In this document: one piece after another, positions 1 to 9,876 of the stretch | Position numbering within the stretch: position 1 is the first letter of the stretch | How the letters are laid out: the number at the start of each line of letters is the position of its first letter | DNA from: Candidatus Melainabacteria bacterium 17Bon1m | GTDB lineage: Bacteria; Cyanobacteriota; Vampirovibrionia; Obscuribacterales; Obscuribacteraceae | DNA length: 64,000 nucleotides | Direction: 5' to 3' | Assembly: GCA_032128875.1 (NCBI GenBank) | Contig: JAVLKG010000005.1 | Location: 320,001 to 384,000 of the forward strand | Notes under the pieces: generated by a model | What the model saw: only the letters and a program-made list of their open reading frames with translations | Databases searched by the model: none | What the model was told of the DNA's origin: nothing | Program-made: the position numbers and the translations under genes

Positions 1-2
1 TT

Positions 3-476
3 TTTGCTCTTCGCTTTCGCTCTGTTGACGTAGCGAAAGAGCGCGCGTTAGAGCAGTTGACTGGTGGCAAACCTGCGCTCAAGTGCATTGAAGGTTTTCT
101 TGTGGAAGTTGCTCAGTGGACAGAGAAAAACCCTGAGCTTGCCGAAGTTTTGTGGCGTCACGGACCAGTGAGCGCAAAACGATTTCTCAAGGCTGAGATG
201 ATGGATGAGAAAATCACCGGCGCTCAGTCTAAGCGAAGCAACGAGTTCAAAGCGCCGCCAGGACCACCAAATCTGGTGCCGATTGAACTCGTGAAAAGTG
301 CGCAATGCGAAAAATCGCTTCGCTCAGACGTCGCTGCTGAGCGCCTTTCACACTACATAAATTTCATTCTGATTTACGGTCAAATGGAATGGCTGCGCGG
401 CGATCGAAAACAATCGCTCGACAAACATATGTTGGAAGAGCTGAAAATCGTTCTCGAAGGCATCTGCGCGCAATAG
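3..476 (+). CDS. 5'-truncated CDS, probable C-terminal part of a TetR-family regulator
   Basis: The frame of ORF 57..476 stays open to the window edge (FALRFRSVDVAKERALEQL...). The all-helical pattern (..ALKCIEGFLVEVAQWTEKNPELAEVL.., ..LKIVLEGI) resembles TetR ligand domains. The HTH would lie outside the window. Confidence 0.5.
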   Translation, partial: FALRFRSVDVAKERALEQLTGGKPALKCIEGFLVEVAQWTEKNPELAEVLWRHGPVSAKRFLKAEMMDEKITGAQSKRSNEFKAPPGPPNLVPIELVKSAQCEKSLRSDVAAERLSHYINFILIYGQMEWLRGDRKQSLDKHMLEELKIVLEGICAQ

Positions 477-601
477 TAGGCAATTGCAGCGAGCAAGTCT
501 TTGCATCTCAGTAATTTCCCTGTTGTTCTTTGGACACAATGTGGTTGTCTAGAGAGGTGCTGTAATGTTGGCTGCTTTCTCATTTTTTAAGGAGCATCAC
601 C

Positions 602-1117
602 TTGAAGCGAACTTTGGTTCTGATGTCGGCTTTGATTGTTTCTGCTGCATTCGCCTCAATACTTCTGATCGCACCTGCTCTTGCTGAAAAATTAGGTGTG
701 CAAAGTGGAGCGTTTGTTCAGTCAGATTATGAACGGCAAATGGAGATCGGTCGCAGAGCCACTGAGTCTGGAGAGTTTTCCAAGGCGCTGGCAGTGTTTC
801 AGGAAATGAGTCTGCGGCATAATGGTGATTCAAAAGTGATGCTGTCGCTTGCGCGCGTTTACTACCATCTTTCGAAGCGAGATAAAGCGGTGTTGTCAGA
901 AAAAGAAGCCGCGCTGGAATATGCTGAACAGAGTGATAAACAAAAACTAGAACAAGAAATCGCTGATTTGCGGAAGAGCGTCGCAATCAATGAGAAGTCG
1001 AAATCTGAGATTATGACTCGTTTCAGAAAGACCTTGCCAAAGTCTCATCCCTATTGGGAATTTGCGCCACCTGAGAACGAGAAGCAAGAACTCAATATAC
1101 CAAGCAATGCGTCTTGA
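602..1117 (+). CDS. Secreted TPR-like hypothetical protein
   Basis: AAGGAG RBS before TTG, signal peptide (..APALA|EK), TPR-like helices (GEFSKALAVF...LSLARVYYHL). Confidence 0.7.
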   Translation: MKRTLVLMSALIVSAAFASILLIAPALAEKLGVQSGAFVQSDYERQMEIGRRATESGEFSKALAVFQEMSLRHNGDSKVMLSLARVYYHLSKRDKAVLSEKEAALEYAEQSDKQKLEQEIADLRKSVAINEKSKSEIMTRFRKTLPKSHPYWEFAPPENEKQELNIPSNAS

Positions 1118-1128
1118 TTGTTGGTGCT

Positions 1129-2106
1129 CTAAATCCCGCTGATAACGTGCGGGACGTAGGGCTCTTCGAGCGCGGCAATGTCTTCTTTGCTTAGTTTCAA
1201 ATCCAAGGATTTCGCTGCGTCTTCGAGGTGGTGCGGTTTTGTGGCACCAACAATTGGAGAAACGACAGGAGATTTTTGCAGTAGCCATGCAAGCGCGACT
1301 TGAGCTCGTGGTGCGCCAAGGCGTTGAGAAACTTCAGTTAGTTTTTCAACAACTCGCTTATCTGCATCGACCTGAACTGCATACAATTTTTTGCCGAATT
1401 CGTCTGTTTGAGAGCGTTCGGTCTTATCGTCCCAATCGCGGGTCAGGCGACCACGCGCAAGAGGGCTCCAGGGAATTACGCCAACGCCTTCATCTTTGCA
1501 GAGCGGGAGCATTTCACGTTCTTCTTCTCGATAAATCAAGTTGACGTAGTTTTGCATGCTGATAAAACGCGTCCAGCCGTTTCGTTCAGACACGTGAAGC
1601 GCTTTTGCAAATTGCCACGCGTACATGCTGGATGCGCCTATATGGAGGACTTTGCCAGCTTTCACCAGATCGTGCAAAGCCTCCATCGTTTCTTCAATGG
1701 GAGTGGAGGCATCCCACCGGTGAATTTGATAAAGGTCAATGTAATCCGTTCCGAGCCTTCGTAAGCTTTGTTCGACTTCGTGCATGATTGATTTGCGCGA
1801 AAGTCCAACACCATGCGGACCTGGTCTCATGCGCCCGTTGACTTTTGTGGCGATGATTACGTCTTCGCGTTTTGCAAAATCTTTCAGTGCTCTGCCGACA
1901 ATCTCTTCGCTTGTTCCATCGGAATAAACATTGGCTGTGTCGAAAAAATTGATATCGAGATCCAGCGCTTGCTTGATGTATTTTCGGCTTTCGTCTTCCG
2001 GCAAAGTCCAGCTGTGGTTGCCTCTTTCCGGCGCGCCAAAGCTCATGCAGCCGACGCAAATCCGAGAAACTTTAAGCCCCGTGCGCCCCAGATTTGCGTA
2101 TTCCAT
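1129..2106 (-). CDS. Aldo/keto reductase (YajO-like)
   Basis: MEYANLGRTGLKVSRICVGCM, FFDTANVY, ATK, YIDLYQIHRWD and IPWSPLARG motifs. AGGAG RBS supports the ATG at 2106 rather than 2244. Confidence 0.95.
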   Translation of the reverse strand: MEYANLGRTGLKVSRICVGCMSFGAPERGNHSWTLPEDESRKYIKQALDLDINFFDTANVYSDGTSEEIVGRALKDFAKREDVIIATKVNGRMRPGPHGVGLSRKSIMHEVEQSLRRLGTDYIDLYQIHRWDASTPIEETMEALHDLVKAGKVLHIGASSMYAWQFAKALHVSERNGWTRFISMQNYVNLIYREEEREMLPLCKDEGVGVIPWSPLARGRLTRDWDDKTERSQTDEFGKKLYAVQVDADKRVVEKLTEVSQRLGAPRAQVALAWLLQKSPVVSPIVGATKPHHLEDAAKSLDLKLSKEDIAALEEPYVPHVISGI

Positions 2107-2123
2107 ATTGAGTCTCCTGCGTG

Positions 2124-3695
2124 TTAACGAGCAATTGCTTTGCGTACTAAGAAAACGCCGACTTCGTCTTTGCACTTCACTTCCCAATCTTTGCGCTGCG
2201 AGAGTACTTGTGCAATCTGCGCTTCGTTGGGAACCATCACCCATGTGAAGTTTCGCTTGTTGAAAATTTCTTCCCAGTTGTCTTGAGTGAGCAAAATTTT
2301 GATGTATTCCTCGATGAATTCTGGCGGAAGGAAGTCAGCCCAGTCATCGATGTACACAGTGCGTTTCAATTTAAAGTAGATGTAGCCGCCCCAGTTGTCG
2401 TAGTTGAAACCCAGCCCTGGCGGGTTTTCTTTCTGCAAACAATCGACAAGCTTTACCGGGATGCGCGTGGGATCGAAGTCCTTGACTTTGAACATGTCCA
2501 TCGACAAGAAAGCTACGCTCATCGCGACGGTAATGACGCCGTAAGCAACCGCAGGCTTCCAGCCCATTGGTTCATTGGCTTCGATTTCTGCTTCTTTCTT
2601 GGCCAGCTTCGCAAGCGCCTTTTCTAGCGGCTTTTGCGGTTCTGACGCAAGAAGTTTTGGTCTCCACAATTCCCAATAAGGACCAAGAAATGGAATTACC
2701 ATCAGGGCGCAATATGGAACAAAGCGCATGCTGACGAAACTTGCGAGGAAGAAAACGCCCATCACCGCTGTTTCGTGAAACTTCAATCCGCCTTTCGTTT
2801 TCCAAATCGCGACGATTGTGATGGCTCCAAGAATAAGGAAGAACCAGGCGCCGACTCCAGCGGTGATATCAAAAGAGCGCCACTCATCTGTTTTGCTGAG
2901 AACTACGGGATTGGAGATATACGTTAGAACGGTGTTGTAAAACGACAGCCCGCGTGGATTTATCGCGGTTGCGGCGGCGCCAACAACAAGGCAAGTTGCA
3001 AGTTCGATTGTACGTTGTTTTGATTTTTCGTCCGGTGAAATCGCTGCGAGCGGTAGGTTTTTCCCAACAAAGGTTTGAACCGTTGATGCCACAGCGCTGA
3101 CGACAAGCATCACAATTCCAACTGTGTAGCTGCCGTGTAAGTTCGCCCAAAGGCACATAACTAGTGCTGTTGCGACCGCACGTATCCAGAGTTTGTGTTC
3201 GCTTATGAAAAGCAAATAGTACAAAACGAGAAACGGCAAATAGGTATAAACGTGGCAGCGTGCTGACCAATGCATCCCGACGGCAGGCATGACGAGAAGC
3301 ACTATGAGCAAGCCCGCGAGCAGACCCATTCCGCGTGCGCGCGCCATTTGATAGCTCCACATCAGTCCAAGCGCGCCGACAATACTGAAAATGAGCACTA
3401 CGCCGGTCATGCCATATTGGCTGAATACTGTTCCGCTCGTGATGTCGCCGAGCCAGCAGCGCGTAAGGCAAGGTGAAGAATTGAAGATTGCGGAGGTGTA
3501 GTTGGTTGTCGGAAGAGCGTGATGCGCGAGCCAATATTCACCGTTAATGATGTGGCGACATGTACCGCCGTCCCAGAGAAACATGTCTGGTCGCATGAAA
3601 AGCATTCCGCCCAATAAATACACGAAGAACCACCCGCCTGATTGCGGGGCGAAAATGCTGAAGAGCGATGTGTTCTTGCTGGTTTCGGGGGGCAT
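2124..3695 (-). CDS. Polytopic membrane protein, probable GT-C-fold glycosyltransferase
   Basis: About 11 TM segments, first-loop D-x3-WD..RHIxxG, LWANLHG and DEW motifs, C-terminal soluble domain (FNYDNWGGY..VYIDD). Confidence 0.65.
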   Translation of the reverse strand: MPPETSKNTSLFSIFAPQSGGWFFVYLLGGMLFMRPDMFLWDGGTCRHIINGEYWLAHHALPTTNYTSAIFNSSPCLTRCWLGDITSGTVFSQYGMTGVVLIFSIVGALGLMWSYQMARARGMGLLAGLLIVLLVMPAVGMHWSARCHVYTYLPFLVLYYLLFISEHKLWIRAVATALVMCLWANLHGSYTVGIVMLVVSAVASTVQTFVGKNLPLAAISPDEKSKQRTIELATCLVVGAAATAINPRGLSFYNTVLTYISNPVVLSKTDEWRSFDITAGVGAWFFLILGAITIVAIWKTKGGLKFHETAVMGVFFLASFVSMRFVPYCALMVIPFLGPYWELWRPKLLASEPQKPLEKALAKLAKKEAEIEANEPMGWKPAVAYGVITVAMSVAFLSMDMFKVKDFDPTRIPVKLVDCLQKENPPGLGFNYDNWGGYIYFKLKRTVYIDDWADFLPPEFIEEYIKILLTQDNWEEIFNKRNFTWVMVPNEAQIAQVLSQRKDWEVKCKDEVGVFLVRKAIAR

Positions 3696-3774
3696 GCAGC
3701 AAGAATATCATTCTAAAACGTGAGTTGCTCGTGGATGGTAAGCTTGTTGTCGGGAAACGACTTGGAGCCTTTGC

Positions 3775-4845
3775 ATGAGCGTAATTATCGTCACAGGATC
3801 GGGAGGGCTGATTGGTTCAGCAGCTGCCGAATATTTTGCCGCCCTGGGGCACGATATCGTCGGTATCGACAATGACATGAGGCAGAAATTTTTCGGTCCG
3901 GATGCGTCTACAGTTTGGAATCGAAAACGGCTTGAGACAAAACTAGGCAAGCAATATCAACATTTTGAAATCGACATTCGGGATGTCAATGGAATTGGCG
4001 ACGTCTTTCAGAGATTCGGCAAGAATATTCAAGCGGTGATCCACACTGCCGCGCAGCCGTCGCACGATTGGGCTGCAACAGCTCCAGTCGAAGACTTTAC
4101 GATCAATGCCAATGGCACCATGAATTTGTTGGAAGCTACGCGGAAAGTTTGCCCCGAAGCTGTTTTTATCTTTACTTCCACCAACAAAGTCTATGGTGAC
4201 ACTCCCAATCGTCTGCCGCTTGTTGAGCTGGAAACGCGCTGGGAAATTGATTCTTCGCATACTTACTTCGGCGGTATCCGCGAAGATATGTCCGTCGATC
4301 ATTGCTTGCACAGCTTGTTTGGCGTGTCGAAACTGGCTGCTGATGAGCTTGTGCAAGAGTACGGTCGATATTTCGATATGCGCACCGCTTGTTTTCGCGG
4401 CGGTTGTCTTACCGGACCCAATCATTCAGGCGCTGAGCTGCACGGGTTTCTCGCATACCTGATGCGTTGTGCTGTCATTGGTAAGTCGTATAAGATTTAT
4501 GGCTACAAAGGCAAGCAAGTGCGGGACAACATTCATAATGATGACCTCGTGCGCGCCTTTCACGAAGTGATCAAAGATCCCAAAGTTGCGCGTGTGTACA
4601 ACATCGGTGGCGGTCGCACCAGCAACTGCTCGATGCTTGAGGCAATTAGCTTGTGCGAAGAAATTACGGGCAAAAAACTCGATGCGACATATGTCGACGA
4701 CTCGCGCATTGGAGATCACATCTGGTGGATCAGCGATAACGGCAGATTCATGGCTGATTACCCAAATTGGAAAGTCGAGAAAAACATCAAAGACATTCTC
4801 ACTGAGATTTACAACGTCAACAAAGAACGTTGGGTATCTGTCTAG
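3775..4845 (+). CDS. NAD-dependent epimerase/dehydratase, CDP-paratose 2-epimerase-like
   Basis: [29 protein letters not shown] (Phe where the SDR YxxxK Tyr usually is), [17 protein letters not shown]. Confidence 0.9.
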   Translation: MSVIIVTGSGGLIGSAAAEYFAALGHDIVGIDNDMRQKFFGPDASTVWNRKRLETKLGKQYQHFEIDIRDVNGIGDVFQRFGKNIQAVIHTAAQPSHDWAATAPVEDFTINANGTMNLLEATRKVCPEAVFIFTSTNKVYGDTPNRLPLVELETRWEIDSSHTYFGGIREDMSVDHCLHSLFGVSKLAADELVQEYGRYFDMRTACFRGGCLTGPNHSGAELHGFLAYLMRCAVIGKSYKIYGYKGKQVRDNIHNDDLVRAFHEVIKDPKVARVYNIGGGRTSNCSMLEAISLCEEITGKKLDATYVDDSRIGDHIWWISDNGRFMADYPNWKVEKNIKDILTEIYNVNKERWVSV

Positions 4846-4929
4846 CTTTACGCTTTATCAGGCCTTGCGTTTTAATAGAAGCCAATATGTGTATGGTAAA
4901 TAGGCCTGAGTTGGCTTCAGTGGCGGATA

Positions 4930-5997
4930 ATGCGGATTCTCATTTCTGGTATTTGCGGTTTTGTTGGCAGTGCGCTGGCGCGTTATCTGCTTGAATCCCA
5001 GGCGGGCTTGAAGATTTGTGGTTTTGACAACTTTTCGCGAGCCGGCAGCCATCTCAATCGTGATGTTTTGAAAGCTTTGGGTGTTGAAGTTTTTCATGCT
5101 GATGTCCGTTTTGAAAGCGACATGGAGCAAATGCCCGCAGTCGATTGGATTATTGACGCTGCAGCCAATCCTTCCGTCCTCGCTGGTGTGGATGGTGTTT
5201 CCAGCCCGCGGCAGGTGCTTGACTCCAATCTCTACGGCACAATAAATTTACTTGAAAGCGCTCGGCGCCACAACTCCGGCTTCATCTTGCTTTCGAGCAG
5301 TCGTGTCTATTCGATCAACGCATTGAAGAAAATTCCGCTTAGGGAAGAGAATTCAGCGTTGGTCTTTGATAGTTCGAAACAAGCTCCTGCAGGGGTTTCT
5401 TCGAAAGGACTCGATGAGAGTTTTTCCACCCAGGCACCGATTTCTTTGTACGGCGCCACTAAGCTCGCATCTGAAGTCTTGGCGCTGGAGTATGCCGAAA
5501 CTTACAAGCTGCCGGTTTTCGTCAATCGGGCTGGTGTCATAGCTGGTGCCGGCCAATTTGGAAAACCAGACCAGGGCATTTTTACTTACTGGATCAATTC
5601 CTATTTGCGTAAGATGCCGCTCAAATACATTGGTTTTGGCGGTACCGGACATCAGTTGCGCGACGCGATGCATCCTAAAGATCTGGCGCTTTTGGTCAGA
5701 AGTCAGATGAGCAAATCGGGAAGTGATCAGAATGACATCATCAACGTGGGTGGCGGCTCGGATAATGCGATGTCGCTCAAACAGCTTTCTGATTGGTGTG
5801 AGAAACGTTTTGGAGCGCATACGGTTGATTCTGTGAAAGAAGACCGTCAGCTGGATATTCCCTGGGTCGTAATGGACAGCTCTCTTGCGCAACGCACAAT
5901 TGGATTTGAGATTACGATGAAACTTCCTGAGATTTTGGAAGAGATTGCGCGACACGCTGAAGCTCATCCTGACTGGCTTAAGGTGTCAGGCGCATGA
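4930..5997 (+). CDS. NAD-dependent epimerase/dehydratase, CDP-paratose 2-epimerase-like
   Basis: GICGFVG, DAAANPSVLAG, SSSRVY, YGATK, GHQLRD. Confidence 0.9.
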   Translation: MRILISGICGFVGSALARYLLESQAGLKICGFDNFSRAGSHLNRDVLKALGVEVFHADVRFESDMEQMPAVDWIIDAAANPSVLAGVDGVSSPRQVLDSNLYGTINLLESARRHNSGFILLSSSRVYSINALKKIPLREENSALVFDSSKQAPAGVSSKGLDESFSTQAPISLYGATKLASEVLALEYAETYKLPVFVNRAGVIAGAGQFGKPDQGIFTYWINSYLRKMPLKYIGFGGTGHQLRDAMHPKDLALLVRSQMSKSGSDQNDIINVGGGSDNAMSLKQLSDWCEKRFGAHTVDSVKEDRQLDIPWVVMDSSLAQRTIGFEITMKLPEILEEIARHAEAHPDWLKVSGA

Positions 5998-6839
5998 AGT
6001 CACCAAAGCCGATTCCGAGCACTATTAGAAACATCGCCATTGTGATTCCGGCTCACAATGAAGAAGGTTGTATTGAGCTGACTGTTAAACACTTGCATCT
6101 CGAGCTGACTACCAACAAGGTTCCGCATCAAATTGTAGTCGTTGATGACGGGAGCACTGATAGCACCTGGCAAATTTTGCTTGGGTTGGCGAAGGAAATT
6201 CCCACGCTCAAACCTGTGAAGAACATGGGACCGCACGGGTTTGGTCGCGCTGTCATTTGCGGCTTACAGAGTTTTGACGCTGACGCTGTGACGATCATGA
6301 TGGCAGACAACTCTGATGACGCGAACGATGTTGTTCAGTATTGGCATAAGCTCAATGAAGGCTATGACTGCGTTTTCGGCAGTCGCTTCATCAAAGGCGG
6401 CGGCGTCATCGACTATCCGATTCACAAACTGATCATGAATCGCATGGCAAATCTGTTTGTCAAAATCATGTTCAACATCTCTTACAACGACACGACCAAC
6501 GCATTTAAAGCGTATCGAAAGAGTGTGATTGACGGCTGTGCGCCGTTTATCTCCCCGCATTTCAACCTGACCGTCGAGATTCCACTCAAGGCAATGGTGC
6601 GGGGATTTAGCTGGACGGTCGTGCCTATCACCTGGAGAAATCGCCGCACAGGCATTTCAAAACTCAAGATCCAAGAGATGGGCAGTCGCTATTTGTTTAT
6701 TTGCCTCTACATTTGGCTTGAGAAGACGTTGACGCGTGATTACCGAGTAAAACCTGATGAGCCGCGAGTCACCGCTGCACAGGCTCCACAAGTAATTGAG
6801 CCAGCAAAAGTCGAAAGCACGGAGTCGGTTGAATCTTAG
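5994..6839 (+). CDS. GT2 polyprenol-phosphate glycosyltransferase (DPM1-like)
   Basis: VIPAHNEE, VDDGSTD, MMAD, GSRF, DTTNAFKAY. ATGA overlap with the upstream epimerase. Confidence 0.9.
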   Translation: MKSPKPIPSTIRNIAIVIPAHNEEGCIELTVKHLHLELTTNKVPHQIVVVDDGSTDSTWQILLGLAKEIPTLKPVKNMGPHGFGRAVICGLQSFDADAVTIMMADNSDDANDVVQYWHKLNEGYDCVFGSRFIKGGGVIDYPIHKLIMNRMANLFVKIMFNISYNDTTNAFKAYRKSVIDGCAPFISPHFNLTVEIPLKAMVRGFSWTVVPITWRNRRTGISKLKIQEMGSRYLFICLYIWLEKTLTRDYRVKPDEPRVTAAQAPQVIEPAKVESTESVES

Positions 6840-6841
6840 AA

Positions 6842-7954
6842 TTAGCTCTTGATGGGAGCTTCCTTTGTTTCTTCAGGTTCTTTCGAGCTCTCCTGTTCTT
6901 TTGGCAGTTCTGAAACTTCTGACGCTCCTGTCTTTTCTGGTTCTGGCGCACTGATGACGCTGAGGTCGTTCCTGTCTCTGCCTTTCATCATGAAGGGCTT
7001 TTCTATAAGATGCCAGCTTGCAAGCGCACACAACATTGATACCGGAGTTGATACCAGTGTTAGTACATTCGGGTCTGTAATTCCAGCTTTGAAGAACAAT
7101 TGTTGAATTGGAAAAGCGTATAGATAGACGCCGTATGAAAGATCCGAGTACTTCGTAAAAAACACCAGCTTGTTCAGTTCCAACTTCTTATTGAGTGCAA
7201 GAGCGAGTAAAACGTAAGTTCCTGGAATAGGCAAAATCAAATTAAGGCAGCGCCCCGACACACTTGCAACAACGATGGACAGTAAGGCAAGAACAATTAG
7301 CTTCGGTGTAAAGCGAATCTTTTGCAAGAACAAATAGAAAAGAACACCTGCAAAAAAGTGCGAGCCCAAGCGATTGAATATCTCACCTCCTGGACATAAT
7401 CCGAAGGTGAAAATCACAAATATTGCAACCGCAACGGGTACTTTGACAAGCTTTAGCAAGCCCATCATGGCTAGGATTGCGTACATAAACTCTTCGTAGC
7501 GAATCGTCCACAAAGAGCCGTTGATCATTCCCATGTAAGGATTTTTACTGCAAAACGCCGGGCACGGAATTTGCGGATCTTGCAATGTAATGGCGCGAAA
7601 TATCCACGTAAACACGGTTTGATCGGGAAGGACTACTCCGCCCAAAGGTCCGAATATAAAAGCAGAAACAAGAATCGCAGTGATGAAACCGGGGTAGATA
7701 CGGCGAATCCGTCGCATCAAATATTCTTTGAAGCTGCCCGATTTAAACCAACTGCCACAAACAAGAAAACCGCTTATGTTGAGAAAACAGTGGACAGCCC
7801 ATGTTCCGCCATCGAGCTGCCCGCGGGTAAACCAAAAGACTGGCTCTGTAGCCTGGCTGAGTTTAGTCAGCCAAAAAGAATGCGACCAAATAACAATCAA
7901 GGCGAGGCCCAATCTGATCGTCGAGAAGTTGTCGATGCGCCTCAGGCTTGGCAT
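6842..7954 (-). CDS. Acyltransferase family 3 (OafA-like O-acyltransferase)
   Basis: R-x-xLA..VIWSH, AVHCFLNISGFL, RRIRRIYP, NGSLWTI, SYGVYLY, SWHLIEKP. Confidence 0.9.
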   Translation of the reverse strand: MPSLRRIDNFSTIRLGLALIVIWSHSFWLTKLSQATEPVFWFTRGQLDGGTWAVHCFLNISGFLVCGSWFKSGSFKEYLMRRIRRIYPGFITAILVSAFIFGPLGGVVLPDQTVFTWIFRAITLQDPQIPCPAFCSKNPYMGMINGSLWTIRYEEFMYAILAMMGLLKLVKVPVAVAIFVIFTFGLCPGGEIFNRLGSHFFAGVLFYLFLQKIRFTPKLIVLALLSIVVASVSGRCLNLILPIPGTYVLLALALNKKLELNKLVFFTKYSDLSYGVYLYAFPIQQLFFKAGITDPNVLTLVSTPVSMLCALASWHLIEKPFMMKGRDRNDLSVISAPEPEKTGASEVSELPKEQESSKEPEETKEAPIKS

Positions 7955-8039
7955 TTTGTCGAAAGATTATCCGCAGGTTTCAATTAGTAATTTTATGCGC
8001 CTGTCTCTTTGTACCCGGATGGGCGTGGCTCCGCTCCGC

Positions 8040-9770
8040 TCAAGGCTGGGGAAGCTCGTACACGGTGACTCTGGCGAACTCTACCGCCGCTGGGTATTCA
8101 ATCTTCCGAACAACCTTGAACTTGCGATCCATGGCTGCAACCAATTCATCGATTAGCTTCTTTCGAGGCATTTTCGAAGACGAAAGCAGTTCCAGTTGCT
8201 TGTCTGCATCGCGCGACAAAGCTACGAACTTGTAGCCTCTCGAACGCAGATTTTCAATGTGCTTGAGCGTTTCCTCTATCAAATTGTCCTTCATCCACGG
8301 CTTGTCCATGACCGGAATATTGGCAGGAATTGTCGTATCTTCCCATTTCGCAAAACCGAACAAGCCGACGTTATGCGCTTTCCTCGCTGCTTCGGGAAGG
8401 TAGTAGCCCAACGTTGGTCCTAGCACGTCCGGGCAAATGACAAATGCAGTGTTGTCGAACTTGCCTTCGATGGCTTCTTGCGCCACTGTTTTCAAAGCAG
8501 AATTCGGCGCACCAGTTCGTAAAATAGCGCAGCCAATGTTCACTCCCGAAAATGCAATGAGAATCAGGGTCAGAGCCACTTGTGCTGCTTTTGTAGTCGA
8601 GCCGTCGCGATTCCAGAACGTAAAACTTACACATATCGCGAGCAAAACCCAGGCGGCAGAACAGAATGGATAAACATATCGGAAATAGCCTGCCCACCAA
8701 GTTGTGATATATCCCATGACGCAACACGGAATAATCGTCACGCATGCGAGCACGATTAAAATGTCAACGCTGAGATTATGACTTCTTGTGTCTGCGCTTT
8801 CATCTACGAGAGTAGCGGTTTCAGCGGATGCGTTAACAGATGATGCTTTTCGGAACTTTCGAATCAAGAAAGCAATGAGGAATATCGCCAGCAGCGCTGG
8901 TCCAAAGAAAATGTGTGTGGGCAGTAAATTCATCGAGTTGAAGTAAAAAACTTCGGGAAAGCGGCTCAGCGGTGTCCTATCCAAGTACAGAGCACCAGAA
9001 GTCTGACTCAAAACGGATGGCAACCATGGTCCGAACAAAGCGAATGCTAAAACGAGCGCACCAACGCATTTGCCGTAAGTCTGAAGGCTGTTTTTGCGGG
9101 CGTTTGCGTCACTAGTGCGCAAATAGTTTCGCACCAAGATGATCGTGCTCGCCAGCCCCAAGCATGGTATCAAAACGCAGCCTACGTACGCGGTGTAGCA
9201 CAATGCAGCCGTGGCGAATGCTGCGGTGAAAAACGCAATGACGGTGGCTTTTTTGTTCGCCTCTGCCTTTTGCAGAACAACATAGGCGGTCAGTGCGATA
9301 GTTGAGAACAGCCCAGCAAGTGCATAACCTCGACATTGCCCTGAAAGAAAAACGGCGAGGGGAGACATCGCGCAAAACAATGCAGAGAGCATCCCCACGC
9401 GCCTGGAATTGCAAACTTTCCCAAGCCAATACGAAGCCGGGATTGTAAGAAGCCCGAAGATAACGGACGGAATTTTTACTGAAAAATCCCCACGCCCAAA
9501 CAGTTTCATCCAGGTGTTGAGAACCACATAGAACAGCGGCGGATGGTAGTCGTCCTGGCGTCCAAAACCGTTGGTGATGACGCAGATGAAGTTGTCACCA
9601 GTGGAGCTGTTTATCGACAAATATTCGTCGAGCCATATGCCCATGCGCAGAGTCGGGTAGAGCACAATGAGCGCTACTGCCATCAGCGCCAGCAAAGCCA
9701 GAAGGACTAAATGAGAACGCTTCGAGTTTGTGTTTTTATCAAAAGACACTTTTGTGCTGGGCCTTGGCAT
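8040..9770 (-). CDS. GT-C (GT39/PMT_2-like) membrane glycosyltransferase
   Basis: WLDE, HPPLFY, ..KIPSVIFG, SP..VFLSGQCRGY, RY motif and many TMs. Start moved to ATG 9770 to avoid overlap with the divergent gene. Confidence 0.85.
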   Translation of the reverse strand: MPRPSTKVSFDKNTNSKRSHLVLLALLALMAVALIVLYPTLRMGIWLDEYLSINSSTGDNFICVITNGFGRQDDYHPPLFYVVLNTWMKLFGRGDFSVKIPSVIFGLLTIPASYWLGKVCNSRRVGMLSALFCAMSPLAVFLSGQCRGYALAGLFSTIALTAYVVLQKAEANKKATVIAFFTAAFATAALCYTAYVGCVLIPCLGLASTIILVRNYLRTSDANARKNSLQTYGKCVGALVLAFALFGPWLPSVLSQTSGALYLDRTPLSRFPEVFYFNSMNLLPTHIFFGPALLAIFLIAFLIRKFRKASSVNASAETATLVDESADTRSHNLSVDILIVLACVTIIPCCVMGYITTWWAGYFRYVYPFCSAAWVLLAICVSFTFWNRDGSTTKAAQVALTLILIAFSGVNIGCAILRTGAPNSALKTVAQEAIEGKFDNTAFVICPDVLGPTLGYYLPEAARKAHNVGLFGFAKWEDTTIPANIPVMDKPWMKDNLIEETLKHIENLRSRGYKFVALSRDADKQLELLSSSKMPRKKLIDELVAAMDRKFKVVRKIEYPAAVEFARVTVYELPQP

Positions 9771-9876
9771 TCCGGACCATAAGCCGTCCGGGCAGGGCAA
9801 TTGGAAGGGGTCTTTGAGTATTTTACATGCCTGGCGGGTATGATCTTGATCTATAGAGCCCTTACTAAAAACCAAG

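Noticed and set aside
2107-2244. N-terminal extension of the aldo/keto reductase ORF
   Set aside because: It overlaps the upstream gene, and both family similarity and the RBS begin at ATG 2106.
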